Of a DNA stretch of 64,000 nt, positions 48,127 through 57,308 are shown piece after piece. Within the stretch, counting starts at the first letter, position 1; the number at the start of each line of letters is the position of its first letter. The stretch comes from Flavobacteriaceae bacterium (GTDB lineage Bacteria > Bacteroidota > Bacteroidia > Flavobacteriales > Weeksellaceae): contig PTET01000001.1 in NCBI GenBank assembly GCA_004359435.1, positions 567,209 through 631,208 on the forward strand, in the 5' to 3' direction. Below the pieces are notes generated by a model. That model was not told the origin of the DNA and did no database searches. It saw only the letters and a program-made list of their open reading frames with translations. The position numbers and the translations under genes are program-made.

Positions 48127-48956
48127 TTCACGTTGGTTTTTTTGTACATCAAAACGCCAAGGCCAAGACAAACCATTGTGTAAAAAATAAGCTCAGAAGG
48201 TGGAAATTCATAGGCTTTGTTGATGCTTTCTACCTTAAACTGAAAGAAGAGCAGATAGGCCAATCCGTTGTTTAGAAAATGCAAAAACATACTCAGCTTG
48301 ATGGATCCAGTTCGGTAATAGGTATATCCCATGATGGCTCCAAGCATTGTGGCTCCAACAAATTGCCAAGGATTGCCATGGATAAGTCCAAAAATTAAAC
48401 TACTGGTTAAAATGGCATAGAAAGGTTTCCAGCCAGAGCGCAAAAAACTTTGTAAAATTACTCCTCTAAAGAGCCATTCTTCTAATAGTGGAGCCAAGAT
48501 TACGATGGCCAAAAAGCTGGCCGCAGGATTTTTCTCAATCATCGCAAAGATTTCTTTGAATGATTCTTCCCATTTTTCCATAAACTCGAAGCCTTTTGTT
48601 GGGATTAGCTCGGTTAGATACTCAACGGGTACCAGAGAAAAAAACATCATCGCAATACCTAGTAACCCATACGGATTAAATTTTTCAGCAGAGCCAAAAC
48701 GATTCTCAAAGGAGAAAACAGAAAGTTCTTTTCCTTTTCTATCAAAATAAATTTGACAGAACCAAAGGCATAAAACAAGAGGTAAGGCGTTAAGTAAAAC
48801 CATTCCAATACCCATGTATTTTTTGTCAAATTCTATACCTGACATCTCTAAAAACAACAGGATAATTCCAGTGATTAGCATCGCTAAGAAGAATAAAAGT
48901 AGGGCATACCAACCGTCTTTTCTTTCTATATTGTTGTTCTGTATATTTTCATTCAT
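48117..48956 (-). CDS. CPBP-family intramembrane glutamic endopeptidase (CAAX protease-like)
   Basis: EEWLFRG and FGLIHG motifs; multi-TM. Start set to ATG 48956 (MNENIQ). Confidence 0.8.
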   Translation of the reverse strand: MNENIQNNNIERKDGWYALLLFFLAMLITGIILLFLEMSGIEFDKKYMGIGMVLLNALPLVLCLWFCQIYFDRKGKELSVFSFENRFGSAEKFNPYGLLGIAMMFFSLVPVEYLTELIPTKGFEFMEKWEESFKEIFAMIEKNPAASFLAIVILAPLLEEWLFRGVILQSFLRSGWKPFYAILTSSLIFGLIHGNPWQFVGATMLGAIMGYTYYRTGSIKLSMFLHFLNNGLAYLLFFQFKVESINKAYEFPPSELIFYTMVCLGLGVLMYKKTNVKWA

Positions 48957-49422
48957 GATGATAGGGTTTGTTCTCCAAGATTGTAAAGGTACGATAGATT
49001 TGTTCACACAAAAAAAGTCGAACCATTTGGTGGGTAAAAGTTAAGGCAGAAAGAGATATTTTCTGATGGGATAGTTCGTACATTTTCTCAGAAAACCCGT
49101 AAGGCCCACCAATGATAAACACGATTCTTTTGTGGGATTGATTAAAAATCGATTGCAAATTTTGGGCGAATACTTTGGAGTTAAATACCTTGCCTTTTTC
49201 GTCTAATAGGATAATAAAATCCCCTGTTTTAAGGTTTTTTTCGAACCAAAGCGTTTCTTTTTCTTTCTGCTGTATTTCACTTAAGTTTTTTCTGTTTTTG
49301 ATGTCTAAACCTTCTATAATTTCGAATTGAATGCTTTGCTGAACACGTTTTTTGTATTTATCAATCAAAAAAAGCAATTCTTTTTCGTCAGTCTTGCCCA
49401 TACAAAGAAGTAAAATCTGCAT
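48949..49422 (-). CDS. rlmH: 23S rRNA (pseudouridine1915-N3)-methyltransferase
   Basis: SPOUT-fold C-terminus LTFTHQMVRLFLCEQIYRTFTILENKPYHHE; 157 aa. Confidence 0.9.
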   Translation of the reverse strand: MQILLLCMGKTDEKELLFLIDKYKKRVQQSIQFEIIEGLDIKNRKNLSEIQQKEKETLWFEKNLKTGDFIILLDEKGKVFNSKVFAQNLQSIFNQSHKRIVFIIGGPYGFSEKMYELSHQKISLSALTFTHQMVRLFLCEQIYRTFTILENKPYHHE

Positions 49423-49458
49423 ATTTGTAGTTGGAAGTTTAGTTCTTGGTGTAAAAAT

Positions 49459-50454
49459 ATGGCCTTTCCATTCAAAATTCAGGATTATTTTTTAAAATCG
49501 ACCTTTTTTCAGTGGCTGAATAAGGTTAGCATTCCAGGGGTCAAAGGAGTAAGTCTTTTCGAGCTGCTGTATATCTATATTTCGGGTATTATCAAAGGTA
49601 CTCTTACCCTTCGTGCCGCGGCCATTTCTTGGTCTGTGTTTTTTAGTATCTTTCCGTTTGTGATTTTCTTGTTCACGTTTTTTCCACATTTGCCCCATTA
49701 CCAACAAGTAGAGCAATATTTCTTTCTGGATGTACTGCCAAAGGTTTTACCTGAACCCATTTTAAAAGATGCCACAGCCTATATTTCAGAAACGCTAAAT
49801 TCCAATAAATTTACGGTTTGGTCTTGGTCTGTTTATGTCTCTATTTTCTTTTCTACAAGTGGAATCAACGCACTGATTAATGGTTTTAATTTTTCGTACC
49901 GAAAACCCTTTCAAAAAAGGAAAGGTTTTCAGCAGTATTTGTTGGCTTTTGGATATACACTTTTGTTCACGCTGTTTCTTTTTGGTATCGTTCTATCTTT
50001 GTATTATAGCCAGTTTATTTGGAAATTTATCGACAATCAAACCCTTAGTGGTTTTCGAATCTTGTTCTCTAAAATCGGAAGCCTTTTGCTTGGGGTCTTG
50101 ATGTTTATGGTTGGTGTGCTTTTGCTTTATAAAGCTGGGCCTAGATTCGGAACTTCTAATCGTTCCCTACTTCCCGGAGTAGTATTAAGCACGCTTTTGT
50201 TTGTGCTTACATCTTCTATTTTTGGGTATTACATTACCCATTTTACCCGCTACAATCTGCTTTATGGTTCGATTTCAACGGTGATGATACTAATGATTTG
50301 GATTTACGTCAATGTAATTATTGTTTTGGTGGGGTTCGAACTGAATGTAGCTTTGCATTTTTTAAGCGAAACCACCCCTAGCCAAAGGCAAGATATTTTT
50401 TCTTTCCTACCATTAGACCTAGAGGAGTTAAATGATCAAGGGGAAGAGACTTAA
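49459..50454 (+). CDS. YihY/BrkB-family membrane protein
   Basis: 331 aa with six TM helices and family-typical spacing. Confidence 0.8.
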   Translation: MAFPFKIQDYFLKSTFFQWLNKVSIPGVKGVSLFELLYIYISGIIKGTLTLRAAAISWSVFFSIFPFVIFLFTFFPHLPHYQQVEQYFFLDVLPKVLPEPILKDATAYISETLNSNKFTVWSWSVYVSIFFSTSGINALINGFNFSYRKPFQKRKGFQQYLLAFGYTLLFTLFLFGIVLSLYYSQFIWKFIDNQTLSGFRILFSKIGSLLLGVLMFMVGVLLLYKAGPRFGTSNRSLLPGVVLSTLLFVLTSSIFGYYITHFTRYNLLYGSISTVMILMIWIYVNVIIVLVGFELNVALHFLSETTPSQRQDIFSFLPLDLEELNDQGEET

Positions 50455-50467
50455 TCAAGTTTAATGT

Positions 50468-50715
50468 ATGAAACTAACTCGAAATACCGCAGCAAAAACT
50501 GAAATTCTAGAATTGCTCAAAACCTCTAAGGTGGCTATGTCTCATGGAGAGATTCAAAATGCTATGGTTGGAAGTATAGTTGTGTAAAGTGCAAATCTTT
50601 AACTTGTTTAGATGGCGTAAACCCTAGTTACCAGTTGCCTAAAGACTATCGAGTTTTGGAAACCAACTTTACCCTTTCGGGGTTATGTCCTACTTGCAGC
50701 CAAGAAACCATCTAA
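50468..50715 (+). pseudogene. Fur-family transcriptional repressor remnant (internal out-of-frame deletion; below the ORF-track size cut-off)
   Basis: ATG 50468 encodes MKLTRNTAAKTEILELLKTSKVAMSHGEIQNAM... and then hits a premature TAA at 50585-50587. A second frame reads SCVKCKSLTCLDGVNPSYQLPKDYRVLETNFTLSGLCPTCSQETI, with its stop at 50713-50715. This gives two CxxC metal-site halves, but the DNA-recognition/dimerisation core is missing. Confidence 0.65.
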
Positions 50716-50735
50716 AAGCAATTTAGTTGGAAGGT

Positions 50736-51257
50736 TCACCCTTTTTTCTCTACACAAACCGCGTAATATCTCGGGGTAAAACTTCTAAGAATCGGTCTAA
50801 AACCTATTTTTTTAACTGGATGCGCCCATTTGATTCTGTCTGTAACTTCCCATCCCGATTTTTCCATCAGCCAGTCGAACTGCCAATCTTCAAACTCGTG
50901 GTAATGTCTGTCCCAGGGGTCTGTTTTGCTTTGATACGCAGGGGCAAACCAAAGGGAAAGTGGAACGCTAAAAAGGGCTTTTTTTACCGGAAGTTCTTTC
51001 AAAAGAGGAAGGGGAGAGACCAAGTGCTCTAGAATTTCGAATCCTGTTACTACCTCTACATTAAATTCTTTTACGATCTCTGGAACCAAATCTAAATCTT
51101 CCCCCTTGGTGTTGAAAACAGTATATCCCTCTTGTTTTAGAATTTCTGAAAAGGGGTTTTCGATCCCTAAATCTAAAATTCTTTCTTGTTTGGATACGTG
51201 TTTTTTTACCCAGTCTAGGGTGATTTTATATCTTTTGTGGGGATATTCTTTGTACAT
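50736..51257 (-). CDS. small class I SAM-dependent methyltransferase (tentative)
   Basis: ILDLGIENP matches methyltransferase motif I (hhDhGxG-like); 173 aa. Confidence 0.6.
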   Translation of the reverse strand: MYKEYPHKRYKITLDWVKKHVSKQERILDLGIENPFSEILKQEGYTVFNTKGEDLDLVPEIVKEFNVEVVTGFEILEHLVSPLPLLKELPVKKALFSVPLSLWFAPAYQSKTDPWDRHYHEFEDWQFDWLMEKSGWEVTDRIKWAHPVKKIGFRPILRSFTPRYYAVCVEKKG

Positions 51258-51339
51258 GGTAATTTTTCTAAGTTTTAAGGTTCAAAAACCGTTTTCTAAA
51301 GTAGAAAATTATTACCTTTAAACCTTTGTTTGTCTAAAA

Positions 51340-51741
51340 ATGATTGAAAAAAAATATAGAATCAGAAACAAATCTAAAATTGTGGGTTATTCCAACAAGG
51401 CTAGCGTATCAACAAACACCCTAAGCTGGGATCTTGGTGTGCCTTATGATGGAGTAGATGCTTTTGTGGGGCTTTTAGACAAAAACAACAGGCCCATTTA
51501 TGAGCAAGACATCGTAGGTTTTCGTCTTGCCAAAAAGGGAGAGAGACAAAAAGAAGGCATTGTTCTTTGGGATGAAGTCTCCTGTGCTTTTGGGGTTTTG
51601 GAGCTTGAAACTTCTGGTTTTATTCCTCTTGAAGCCTTTGGTTTTCCTATGTTTTTTAAATCGAAATTAGAGGTAATATCGCATGGTTTTACCCACGGAT
51701 TATGGATAGACAAATTAGTGCGTGAATATTATAATGTGTAA
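51340..51741 (+). CDS. hypothetical protein (weak YopX-like resemblance)
   Basis: 133-aa ORF. DKNNRPIYEQDIVGF resembles the YopX motif D-x-N-G-x-x-IYEGDIV. No other support. Confidence 0.45.
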   Translation: MIEKKYRIRNKSKIVGYSNKASVSTNTLSWDLGVPYDGVDAFVGLLDKNNRPIYEQDIVGFRLAKKGERQKEGIVLWDEVSCAFGVLELETSGFIPLEAFGFPMFFKSKLEVISHGFTHGLWIDKLVREYYNV

Positions 51742-51760
51742 TTGATTAAAAATAAAAAAT

Positions 51761-52570
51761 ATGTCCTACGGATTGTTAAAAGGTAAAAAAGGAATCATTT
51801 TTGGTGCATTGGATCAGAATTCCATTGCTTGGAAAGTGGCCGAAATGGCCCATAGCGAAGGGGCTCAAATCGTACTAACCAACGCGCCAATCGCCCTTAG
51901 AATGGGAGAGATTAACGCTTTGGCCGAAAAAACTTCTTCCATTGTGATTCCAGCCGATGCTACCAGCGAAGAAGATTTGAAGAACCTAATCGAAAAATCC
52001 ATGGAACATTTAGGTGGAAAACTCGATTTTGTGCTTCATTCTATCGGAATGAGTCTGAATGTTCGAAAAAACAAACACTACACAGATTCCAATTACGATT
52101 TCACCCACAAAGGATTTGATATATCTGCACTATCTTTTCATAAACTTATGAAAACAACCTATGCTATGGATGCCATTAATCCATGGGGGTCTATTGTAGC
52201 TCTTACGTATATCGCCGCCCAAAGAGCTTTTCCAGATTACAATGATATGGCAGACAACAAAGCCTATTTAGAGTCGATCGCCCGTAGTTTTGGATATTTT
52301 TATGGAAAAGAAAAGAAGGTGAGGGTCAATACCATTTCTCAATCTCCAACACCTACCACAGCAGGTAAAGGAGTAAAAGGTTTCGATCAGTTTATCGCCT
52401 ACGCCAACAGCATTTCTCCTCTTGGAAATGCCTCGGCAGAAGATTGTGCGGCTTATACCATCTCCCTTTTCTCAGATTTAACCAAGATGGTAACCATGCA
52501 AAACTTGTTTCACGATGGAGGATTCTCCAATACGGGAGTAAGCCAAGAGGTGATGGAAAAATTTTCTTAA
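51761..52570 (+). CDS. fabI: enoyl-[acyl-carrier-protein] reductase (NADH)
   Basis: LKGKKGIIFGALDQNSIAWKVA N-terminus is typical of FabI; 269 aa SDR fold. Confidence 0.9.
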   Translation: MSYGLLKGKKGIIFGALDQNSIAWKVAEMAHSEGAQIVLTNAPIALRMGEINALAEKTSSIVIPADATSEEDLKNLIEKSMEHLGGKLDFVLHSIGMSLNVRKNKHYTDSNYDFTHKGFDISALSFHKLMKTTYAMDAINPWGSIVALTYIAAQRAFPDYNDMADNKAYLESIARSFGYFYGKEKKVRVNTISQSPTPTTAGKGVKGFDQFIAYANSISPLGNASAEDCAAYTISLFSDLTKMVTMQNLFHDGGFSNTGVSQEVMEKFS

Positions 52571-52585
52571 AGATTTAAACTTCAA

Positions 52586-52996
52586 ATGAAATTAACATTA
52601 GAGAGATTAGACGATGCCCTGCATTTTGTGGGAAAAAACGAAAAGGGGCTACAAACTGAGTTTGGGGCTTCTGCCTTGGGTGGGGAAAGCAAAGCGCTAA
52701 GCCCTATGGAGCATTTGCTTCTCAGCGCCGCAGCATGTAGCAGCATTGATGTGGTTTTGATTCTAAAAAAAATGAAACAAGAACTAAGAGACATTAAAGT
52801 GGAAGTCTCAGGGGTCAGAAGAGACGAAGAGCCTAAAATTTTTGTTGAAATAGAACTTAAATACACGCTTTTTGGCGATTTAGAACTGGATAAAGCCCAA
52901 AGAGCAACCAGTTTGGCGGTTGAAAAATACTGTTCTGTGCTTACCATGTTGCAGCACGATGCCAAAATTAGCCACCAATTAGAAATTCTGCCTTAA
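52586..52996 (+). CDS. OsmC-family protein (intact paralogue)
   Basis: 136 aa with two Cys blocks (AAACSSIDV and EKYCSV). Confidence 0.8.
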   Translation: MKLTLERLDDALHFVGKNEKGLQTEFGASALGGESKALSPMEHLLLSAAACSSIDVVLILKKMKQELRDIKVEVSGVRRDEEPKIFVEIELKYTLFGDLELDKAQRATSLAVEKYCSVLTMLQHDAKISHQLEILP

Positions 52997-53025
52997 AAAA
53001 GGCACAAATACAATTTTAGATTAGC

Positions 53026-54195
53026 ATGAAATTCGAAACACAAGCCATTCGTACCCAAACAGAAACTACCAGCCAAAGGGAACATAGTACGCCTATTTTT
53101 CCTACATCTGGTTATGTTTTCGATTCGGCAGAGCAAATGAGAGCGCTTTTTGCTGGAGAAGAAGAAGGAAATATCTACTCTAGATATACCAATCCCAACT
53201 GCTTAGAGTTTGAAGAAAAAATGAAGCTTTTAGAAAAAATGCCATATGCAATTTCATCATCCTCTGGAATGGCTTCTATTTTTTCGATTTTCATGGGAAT
53301 TCTCAAAAACGGCGATCATCTGATTAGCTCAAAAGCTGTTTTTGGATCTACATTTCAGATTTTGGATGCTTTTCTTCCCAATTATGGTATTCAAAGTACT
53401 TTTGTCGATGCTTTTGATGAAAAAACTTGGGAGGCTGCCATTAGGCCTACAACCAAAATGTTCTACATAGAATCGCCTTCTAATCCAGGGTTAGAGGTGT
53501 ATGATTTAAGTGTAGTGAAAGCTTTTTGTCTCAAGCATAATCTAATTTTTGTGATTGACAACTGTTTTGCAACCCCTTATTTGCAAACCCCTGCCAGTTT
53601 TGGGGCAGACATTGTTTGCCATTCGGCTACCAAATTTATCGATGGGCAAGGTAGAGTAGGGGGAGGAATTACCCTTTGTCAAGAAGAGGAGCATTTTGAG
53701 CTGATCAAAAAGTTTCAGAGACAAACCGGACCAACCCTTTCTCCGTTTAATGCATGGATTCTTTCAAAAAGTTTAGAAACTCTGGCAGTTAGAATGGAAA
53801 AACACTGCGCCAATGCTTTGGAAATTGCAACGGCTTTAGAGAGTCATCCCGAGTTAAATTGGGTGAAATATCCAGGACTTGTTTCGCATCCAAATTATGA
53901 GCTTGCCAAAAAGCAAATGAAACTCGGTGGAGGACTCATCGCCTTTGAGGTAAAGGGAGGACTTGAAAGAGGTCGCGCCTTTTTGGATGGAATTTCTATG
54001 TGTTCGGTTTCTGCCAATTTGGGAGATACTCGAAGCATCATTACGCATCCTGCTTCTACAACCCACTCAAAACTTTCAGAAGAACAGAGGCTCGATTCTG
54101 GAATCACCCAAGGTATGATTCGCCTTTCGGTGGGATTAGAACATCCAGAAGATATTTTGGCGGACATCTACCAAAGTCTAGAGAAGTCTAAGTAG
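53026..54195 (+). CDS. PLP-dependent trans-sulfuration enzyme (O-succinyl/acetyl-homoserine sulfhydrylase or cystathionine gamma-synthase family)
   Basis: SATKFIDGQG PLP-lysine motif; 389 aa. Confidence 0.85.
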   Translation: MKFETQAIRTQTETTSQREHSTPIFPTSGYVFDSAEQMRALFAGEEEGNIYSRYTNPNCLEFEEKMKLLEKMPYAISSSSGMASIFSIFMGILKNGDHLISSKAVFGSTFQILDAFLPNYGIQSTFVDAFDEKTWEAAIRPTTKMFYIESPSNPGLEVYDLSVVKAFCLKHNLIFVIDNCFATPYLQTPASFGADIVCHSATKFIDGQGRVGGGITLCQEEEHFELIKKFQRQTGPTLSPFNAWILSKSLETLAVRMEKHCANALEIATALESHPELNWVKYPGLVSHPNYELAKKQMKLGGGLIAFEVKGGLERGRAFLDGISMCSVSANLGDTRSIITHPASTTHSKLSEEQRLDSGITQGMIRLSVGLEHPEDILADIYQSLEKSK

Positions 54196-54211
54196 GCTTA
54201 GGCTTTTACTT

Positions 54212-54892
54212 TTAAGGAGTTGAATTGCTTAGCGGAAGAATTTTTCCGTGGTAGTAGGTTCCGCCTTGTATGGCGAAATCTAAAATGTATTTTCCCATTT
54301 TCTCAGGGCTCATCTCTGTGTAGTAATCTGGAAAGGCTTCTTGAAGCATTTGGGTTTGTACTGCTCCAAGCGCCAGCGCGTTCACTCTTGGTCCGTTTTC
54401 TTTGTATTCTTCTGCCAAAAGTTCTGTAAGGCCGCATAGCGCTGCTTTAGAAGATCCGTAAATGCTTAGTCCAGCAAATTTCACAGAACCTTGAACGGCT
54501 CCCATGGTAGAGATGTTTACGATGTGTCCGGTTTTGTCCATTTTAGTTCCTAAGGTTTGGCAAAGCAAAAAAGGAGCCAGAAAGTTTACCGCCAAAGAAT
54601 TTTGAATTTCTTCAAGGTTAATCTCTTGAAAAGCTTTGTTAACAAGTAATCCAGCATTGTTGATCAAACAATCTACTTTTGGGATGTCCTGAAAAATTTT
54701 GTCTAAAGCCTCCTTTAAGGTTGAGGTTTGGGACAAATCTACGCTGTGGGCGATAAGGTTAGGGTTGTTTAATTCTAGAAGTGGGCGGATGTTTCTGGTA
54801 AGGCCAATCACCCTGTATCCCTCTAAAAGTGCCAATTTACATATTTCCAATCCAATTCCTCTGCTTGTTCCAGTAATAACAATTGTTTTCAT
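54212..54892 (-). CDS. SDR-family oxidoreductase
   Basis: TGTSRGIG cofactor motif and YGSSK catalytic motif. Confidence 0.85.
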   Translation of the reverse strand: MKTIVITGTSRGIGLEICKLALLEGYRVIGLTRNIRPLLELNNPNLIAHSVDLSQTSTLKEALDKIFQDIPKVDCLINNAGLLVNKAFQEINLEEIQNSLAVNFLAPFLLCQTLGTKMDKTGHIVNISTMGAVQGSVKFAGLSIYGSSKAALCGLTELLAEEYKENGPRVNALALGAVQTQMLQEAFPDYYTEMSPEKMGKYILDFAIQGGTYYHGKILPLSNSTP

Positions 54893-55046
54893 GCTAATTT
54901 TTTTTTGAATAGGGTTGGATTAAAAGTCGAAAATTACAATTTTATTGTTTGGTAGTCAACCCATAAGTGTTAATAAAAAATAAACTAACCAAAGCATCAA
55001 TTGAAACGCTTTTTTGTACTTTTACCTGACTTAAAAAAGAATCCAC

Positions 55047-55820
55047 ATGGGGAAAATTATAGCCATTGCTAATCAGAAAGGAGGAGTTGGGAAAACCACT
55101 ACCTCTATCAACCTTGCCGCGGCCCTTGGGGTAATGGAAAAAAAAGTATTGCTAATAGACGCAGATCCTCAGGCCAATGCAACTTCTGGGCTTGGGATAG
55201 ATGTAGATTCGGTTGAAAGAGGAATTTACGAGCTTTTAGAACATACAGAAAAGGTAGAGTCGGTAATTATATCTACCAGTTCTCCTAACTTAGATTTGAT
55301 TCCTTCTCATGTAAATTTGGTGGCTGCAGAACTCGAACTGGTTGACAATGAAGAGAGAGAGTTTATGCTCAAAAAGGCTATTAAAAAAATCAAAGATAAG
55401 TACGATTATATTCTCATTGATTGTGCGCCATCTCTGGGTCTTATCACCCTAAATGCACTTACTGCGGCGAATTCTGTACTGATTCCCATTCAGTGTGAAT
55501 ATTTCGCCCTAGAAGGACTTGGGAAGCTTCTAAATACCATCAAAGGGGTGCAAAGAACTTTAAATAAAAAGCTGGATATCGAAGGGTTACTTCTTACCAT
55601 GTTCGATCCAAGACTTAGGCTTTCTAACCAAGTGATAGAAGAGGTAAATGCGCATTTTCCTGAGATGGTTTTCAAAACCGTGATTCAGCGAAACGTAAGG
55701 CTTTCCGAAGCACCAAGTTTTGGAGAATCCATTATTAAATACGACGCCACTAGTAGGGGTGCAGAAAATTATTTAAATTTAGCCCATGAACTACTTGAAA
55801 ACAATAAAGTAAAAGCCTAA
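55047..55820 (+). CDS. parA: chromosome partitioning ATPase ParA
   Basis: Deviant Walker A KGGVGKTT; 257 aa. Confidence 0.9.
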   Translation: MGKIIAIANQKGGVGKTTTSINLAAALGVMEKKVLLIDADPQANATSGLGIDVDSVERGIYELLEHTEKVESVIISTSSPNLDLIPSHVNLVAAELELVDNEEREFMLKKAIKKIKDKYDYILIDCAPSLGLITLNALTAANSVLIPIQCEYFALEGLGKLLNTIKGVQRTLNKKLDIEGLLLTMFDPRLRLSNQVIEEVNAHFPEMVFKTVIQRNVRLSEAPSFGESIIKYDATSRGAENYLNLAHELLENNKVKA

Positions 55821-55829
55821 TCAATTATC

Positions 55830-56714
55830 ATGGCCAAAAACAAAAGAGCATTAGGAAGAGGGCTATCGGCCTTGTTAAACGATTCTCATTCTAGCATTGA
55901 ATCTGCCCAAGACAAGGGCGCAGAATCTTTGGTAGGGAATATCTTAGAGGTAGAATTAGATTCTATCACCGTTAATCCGCATCAACCCAGGATCTATTTT
56001 GATCCAGAAGCCCTGCAAGATCTATCGGATTCTATCAAAGAATTGGGGGTAATTCAGCCCATTACCGTTCGAAAATCCAAAGATGGTTTCGAGCTAATTT
56101 CGGGGGAAAGAAGGTTTAGAGCCTCTAAGTTGGCTGGTTTAGAAACCATTCCGGCATACATCCGCCTTGCCAACGATACAGAAATGTTAGAAATGGCCTT
56201 GGTAGAAAACATCCAAAGACAAGATTTGGATGCTATAGAGGTGGCTTTGTCGTATGAAAAACTCATCGAAGAAATCTCTCTTACCCAAGAAGAACTCAGC
56301 CGGAGAGTAGGAAAGAAAAGAAGTACCATTACCAATTATTTAAGGCTGTTAAAGTTAGAACCCAGCGTGCAAAACGCCATTCGATCGGGTGAAATTTCTA
56401 TGGGACACGGTAGAGCTCTCACCGCGGTAGAAGACGCCAAACAGCAGATGTCTTTGTGTGATCAGATTATCTCTCAGGGTCTTTCTGTAAGGCAAATTGA
56501 GGCGATTTTGCAACAAAGAAAAGAAAAGAATATTCAAACTGTTGTCAGTGAAAAACAGCCAAAACCCCTTGAAGTTAAAAACACGCAAAATTTTCTAGAA
56601 GACAAATATCAAACCAAGGTAGACATCAAATGGACCAGCCAAGGAAAAGGAAAAATTATCTTTGATTTTGATTCTTTAGAACAGTTTAATCGAATCAAAA
56701 ATCTACTAGGGTGA
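55830..56714 (+). CDS. parB: chromosome partitioning protein ParB
   Basis: GERRFRAS ParB box and HTH region. Confidence 0.9.
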   Translation: MAKNKRALGRGLSALLNDSHSSIESAQDKGAESLVGNILEVELDSITVNPHQPRIYFDPEALQDLSDSIKELGVIQPITVRKSKDGFELISGERRFRASKLAGLETIPAYIRLANDTEMLEMALVENIQRQDLDAIEVALSYEKLIEEISLTQEELSRRVGKKRSTITNYLRLLKLEPSVQNAIRSGEISMGHGRALTAVEDAKQQMSLCDQIISQGLSVRQIEAILQQRKEKNIQTVVSEKQPKPLEVKNTQNFLEDKYQTKVDIKWTSQGKGKIIFDFDSLEQFNRIKNLLG

Positions 56715-57307
56715 TTCTAAGGCTACTTTTTTTATTTTGTTTAACGGGTCTTGTTTCTGCTCAAAACAAAAAGGAAGTTCCTTTGGATTCCATTTCTCAA
56801 AATGGGGAGATTCAGACAAAAAAAAGTAAGTTTTTTGTTCTTGAGCCTAAGAAAGATTTTTTCTCCACCGATTCTACAAGGGTAAAAGATCCACTTCGAG
56901 CGATGGTTTATTCTGCTGTGCTTCCAGGGGCAGGGCAGGCTTACAACGAAAAATATGTAAAAGCGCCCATTACTTTGGGTCTTTTTTTGGGAGGTCTAGG
57001 GTATACGTTTTACCAAAACCAAGAACTTAACAAATACAAAGAGGTTTTTCAGGCTTCGGTGGAAGGTAGAGAACATGAGTATTCTAACCTTAACTTATCT
57101 AAAGAAACTTGGGCAAAAGTGAGGGACAATCAGCAAAGAACCAGGGATTACGGCATTGCCATAACCAGCTTGGTTTATGTTTTGAACATTGTAGACGCCT
57201 ATGTTGGGGCTAATCTTTTTGATTTAGAAAGAGATAAGGATTTTAGTGTTTATCCTAGTTTTGATTCCTTTGGAGCCTTTGGACTAAGTTTTAATTATAA
57301 TTTTTGA
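56711..57307 (+). CDS. DUF5683-like membrane protein (usual parB neighbour in Flavobacteriales)
   Basis: GTGA overlap with parB. Signal peptide and SAVLPGAGQAYN motif. Confidence 0.7.
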   Translation: MILRLLFLFCLTGLVSAQNKKEVPLDSISQNGEIQTKKSKFFVLEPKKDFFSTDSTRVKDPLRAMVYSAVLPGAGQAYNEKYVKAPITLGLFLGGLGYTFYQNQELNKYKEVFQASVEGREHEYSNLNLSKETWAKVRDNQQRTRDYGIAITSLVYVLNIVDAYVGANLFDLERDKDFSVYPSFDSFGAFGLSFNYNF

Positions 57308-57308
57308 T

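Noticed and set aside
54893-56714. parS centromere site near parAB
   Set aside because: I found no TGTTNCACGTGAAACA-like 16-mer by eye in or around parAB. The only partial match is TGTTTCACGATGG inside fabI at about 52506. A pattern search is needed before concluding that parS is absent.
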